Assembly: GCF_964213995.1 (NCBI RefSeq)
Contig: NC_135816.1
Span: forward strand, 64,418,001-64,482,000
Source of the DNA: Mustelus asterias
Lineage: Eukaryota
Direction of reading: 5' to 3'
DNA: 64,000 bases
Positions 62,641-64,000 of this stretch are shown one piece after another. The notes beneath the pieces were generated by a model, which was not told where the DNA came from, made no database searches, and saw only the letters and a program-made list of their open reading frames with translations. How positions within the stretch are numbered: position 1 is the first letter of the stretch; every line of letters begins with the position of its first letter. A program made the position numbers and the translations under genes.

Positions 62641-64000
62641 ATTCCTGCTTTTATATTCTAGACATCCCTGCTTTTATATTCTAGAAGGAGGCCATTCAGC
62701 CCATCAAGTCTGCAAAAGACTCTCTAAAAGACCATCTTACCCAGGGGTAAGACCTTACATCTTGGCACACTAAGGGGCAACTTAGTATGACCCATCTACC
62801 TAACCTGCACATCATTGGACTGTGGGAGGAAACCAAGGCACCTGAAGGAAACCCTTGCACTCTCAGATTTGATGGGCCAAATGGCCTCTTCTGCATTGTA
62901 GGGATTCTATGATTTCTTGATATCATGTGGAGTAAGTTGAACTGGCTGATGATTTGCATCTATGATGCTGGGGACTTCAGCAGGAGGCTGAGATAGATCA
63001 TCCACTTGGCATTGCCGAATGAAGATGGTTCCAAATATTTCATGTCTTGTCATGTGCACTCATGTATTGGACGCTCTCATCCTCCTGTTCTTCCTATCAG
63101 TTGCTTAATTGTCCACCACCATTCATGACTGGATGTGACCGGATTCCAGAACTCTGATCTGATCCGTTGGGATTGTTTTTCTCTGTCAATTGTACACTGC
63201 TTCAACGATTTAGCGTGCATGTAGTCTATGTTACCGCTTCACCAGTTGGGCACCTAATTTTATGTATGCCTGGTACTACTCCTGCCATTCCCTCCCACAC
63301 CCTTCATTGAACCAGAGTTGGTCCCATGGCTTGATGGTATTGGTAGAGTGATGGATACAGCAGGCTAGAAAATGTGATCAAGCACAGTTCTGCTGATGGC
63401 CCATTGCACCTCGTGGATGCCCAGTTTGAGCTGCTGGTTCTGTTCTGAATCTATCCCAGTTAGCACAGTGATAATACCAGATGAGACAATGCAGTGTGTT
63501 CTCAGTGTGAAGATGGGATTTCATCTCCACAAGGACAATACTGGAGATCCACAAGGATCTCCACTTCCAACAACACTGTATTGGACAGATGCATCTGCGT
63601 CAGTAGATTTGTGAAGATGCGATCAAATATATTTGATCACTGACACCCTCGAGTTATAAATAAAGAGAAAAATTGAGGTGATAAGAAAGAGAGAAAAAGA
63701 GAGAGGGAAGAAATAGTGATACAAGGAGTGGGAAAGAGGGTAGTACAGACCTGGATCCTCCAGAGACATCTGAACATCCTAGTATGTCTGTGTTCTCAAA
63801 AGACAAAGCACTGGACTGAAAATTGAAGAGGCTCCGTTATCCATGTGTGTCTCTCTCCTACATTATCTTCCTCTATTCACCGTGTTCTTTACATTCAGCA
63901 CATTAATAACAAAATCTGACCTTGTATATTGCAATCAGGAAAACGCTGCTTTCTTCCTGCTCACTGCAGTCTAGAAAGCCGAAGCCTAGATGTGTCTGTC

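Noticed and set aside
61405-64000. cyp26 exon 1
   Set aside because: No membrane anchor or LPxGxMGxPxxGET motif found; presumably beyond the window.

Overview
Repeat-rich vertebrate genomic DNA. The SINE, CR1 and Penelope repertoire indicates a cartilaginous fish (shark); species not determinable. Three protein-coding genes were reconstructed from splice sites. (1) and (2) are a head-to-head pair of paralogous immunoglobulin-superfamily genes whose V and J-like segments are already joined in one exon with no RSS. The plus-strand gene reads leader-VJ-C1-C1-TM-short tail (9070-18178, possibly to 19718). The minus-strand gene reads leader-VJ-C1 (3905 to 991) and continues off the left edge. Both replace the FGxG J motif with WCGC(G/A). 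The VJ-C intron of the plus gene holds a 1.3 kb G-rich, AGCT-containing 39-40 bp tandem array resembling an Ig switch region. (3) is a minus-strand CYP26B/C-type retinoic-acid hydroxylase (exons 2-6; exon 1 not in window). The rest is nested mobile DNA: tRNA-SINEs, CR1, L2 and RTE LINE fragments, three Gypsy remnants, a Copia element, Penelope inverted repeats with hammerhead-like motifs, a solo LTR, and two copies of a U1/U2 snRNA-headed (SINEU-like) element, one with a 15-bp target-site duplication. There are five N gaps. Exon boundaries were read base by base; repeat boundaries are approximate and family names come from motif recognition, not database searches.
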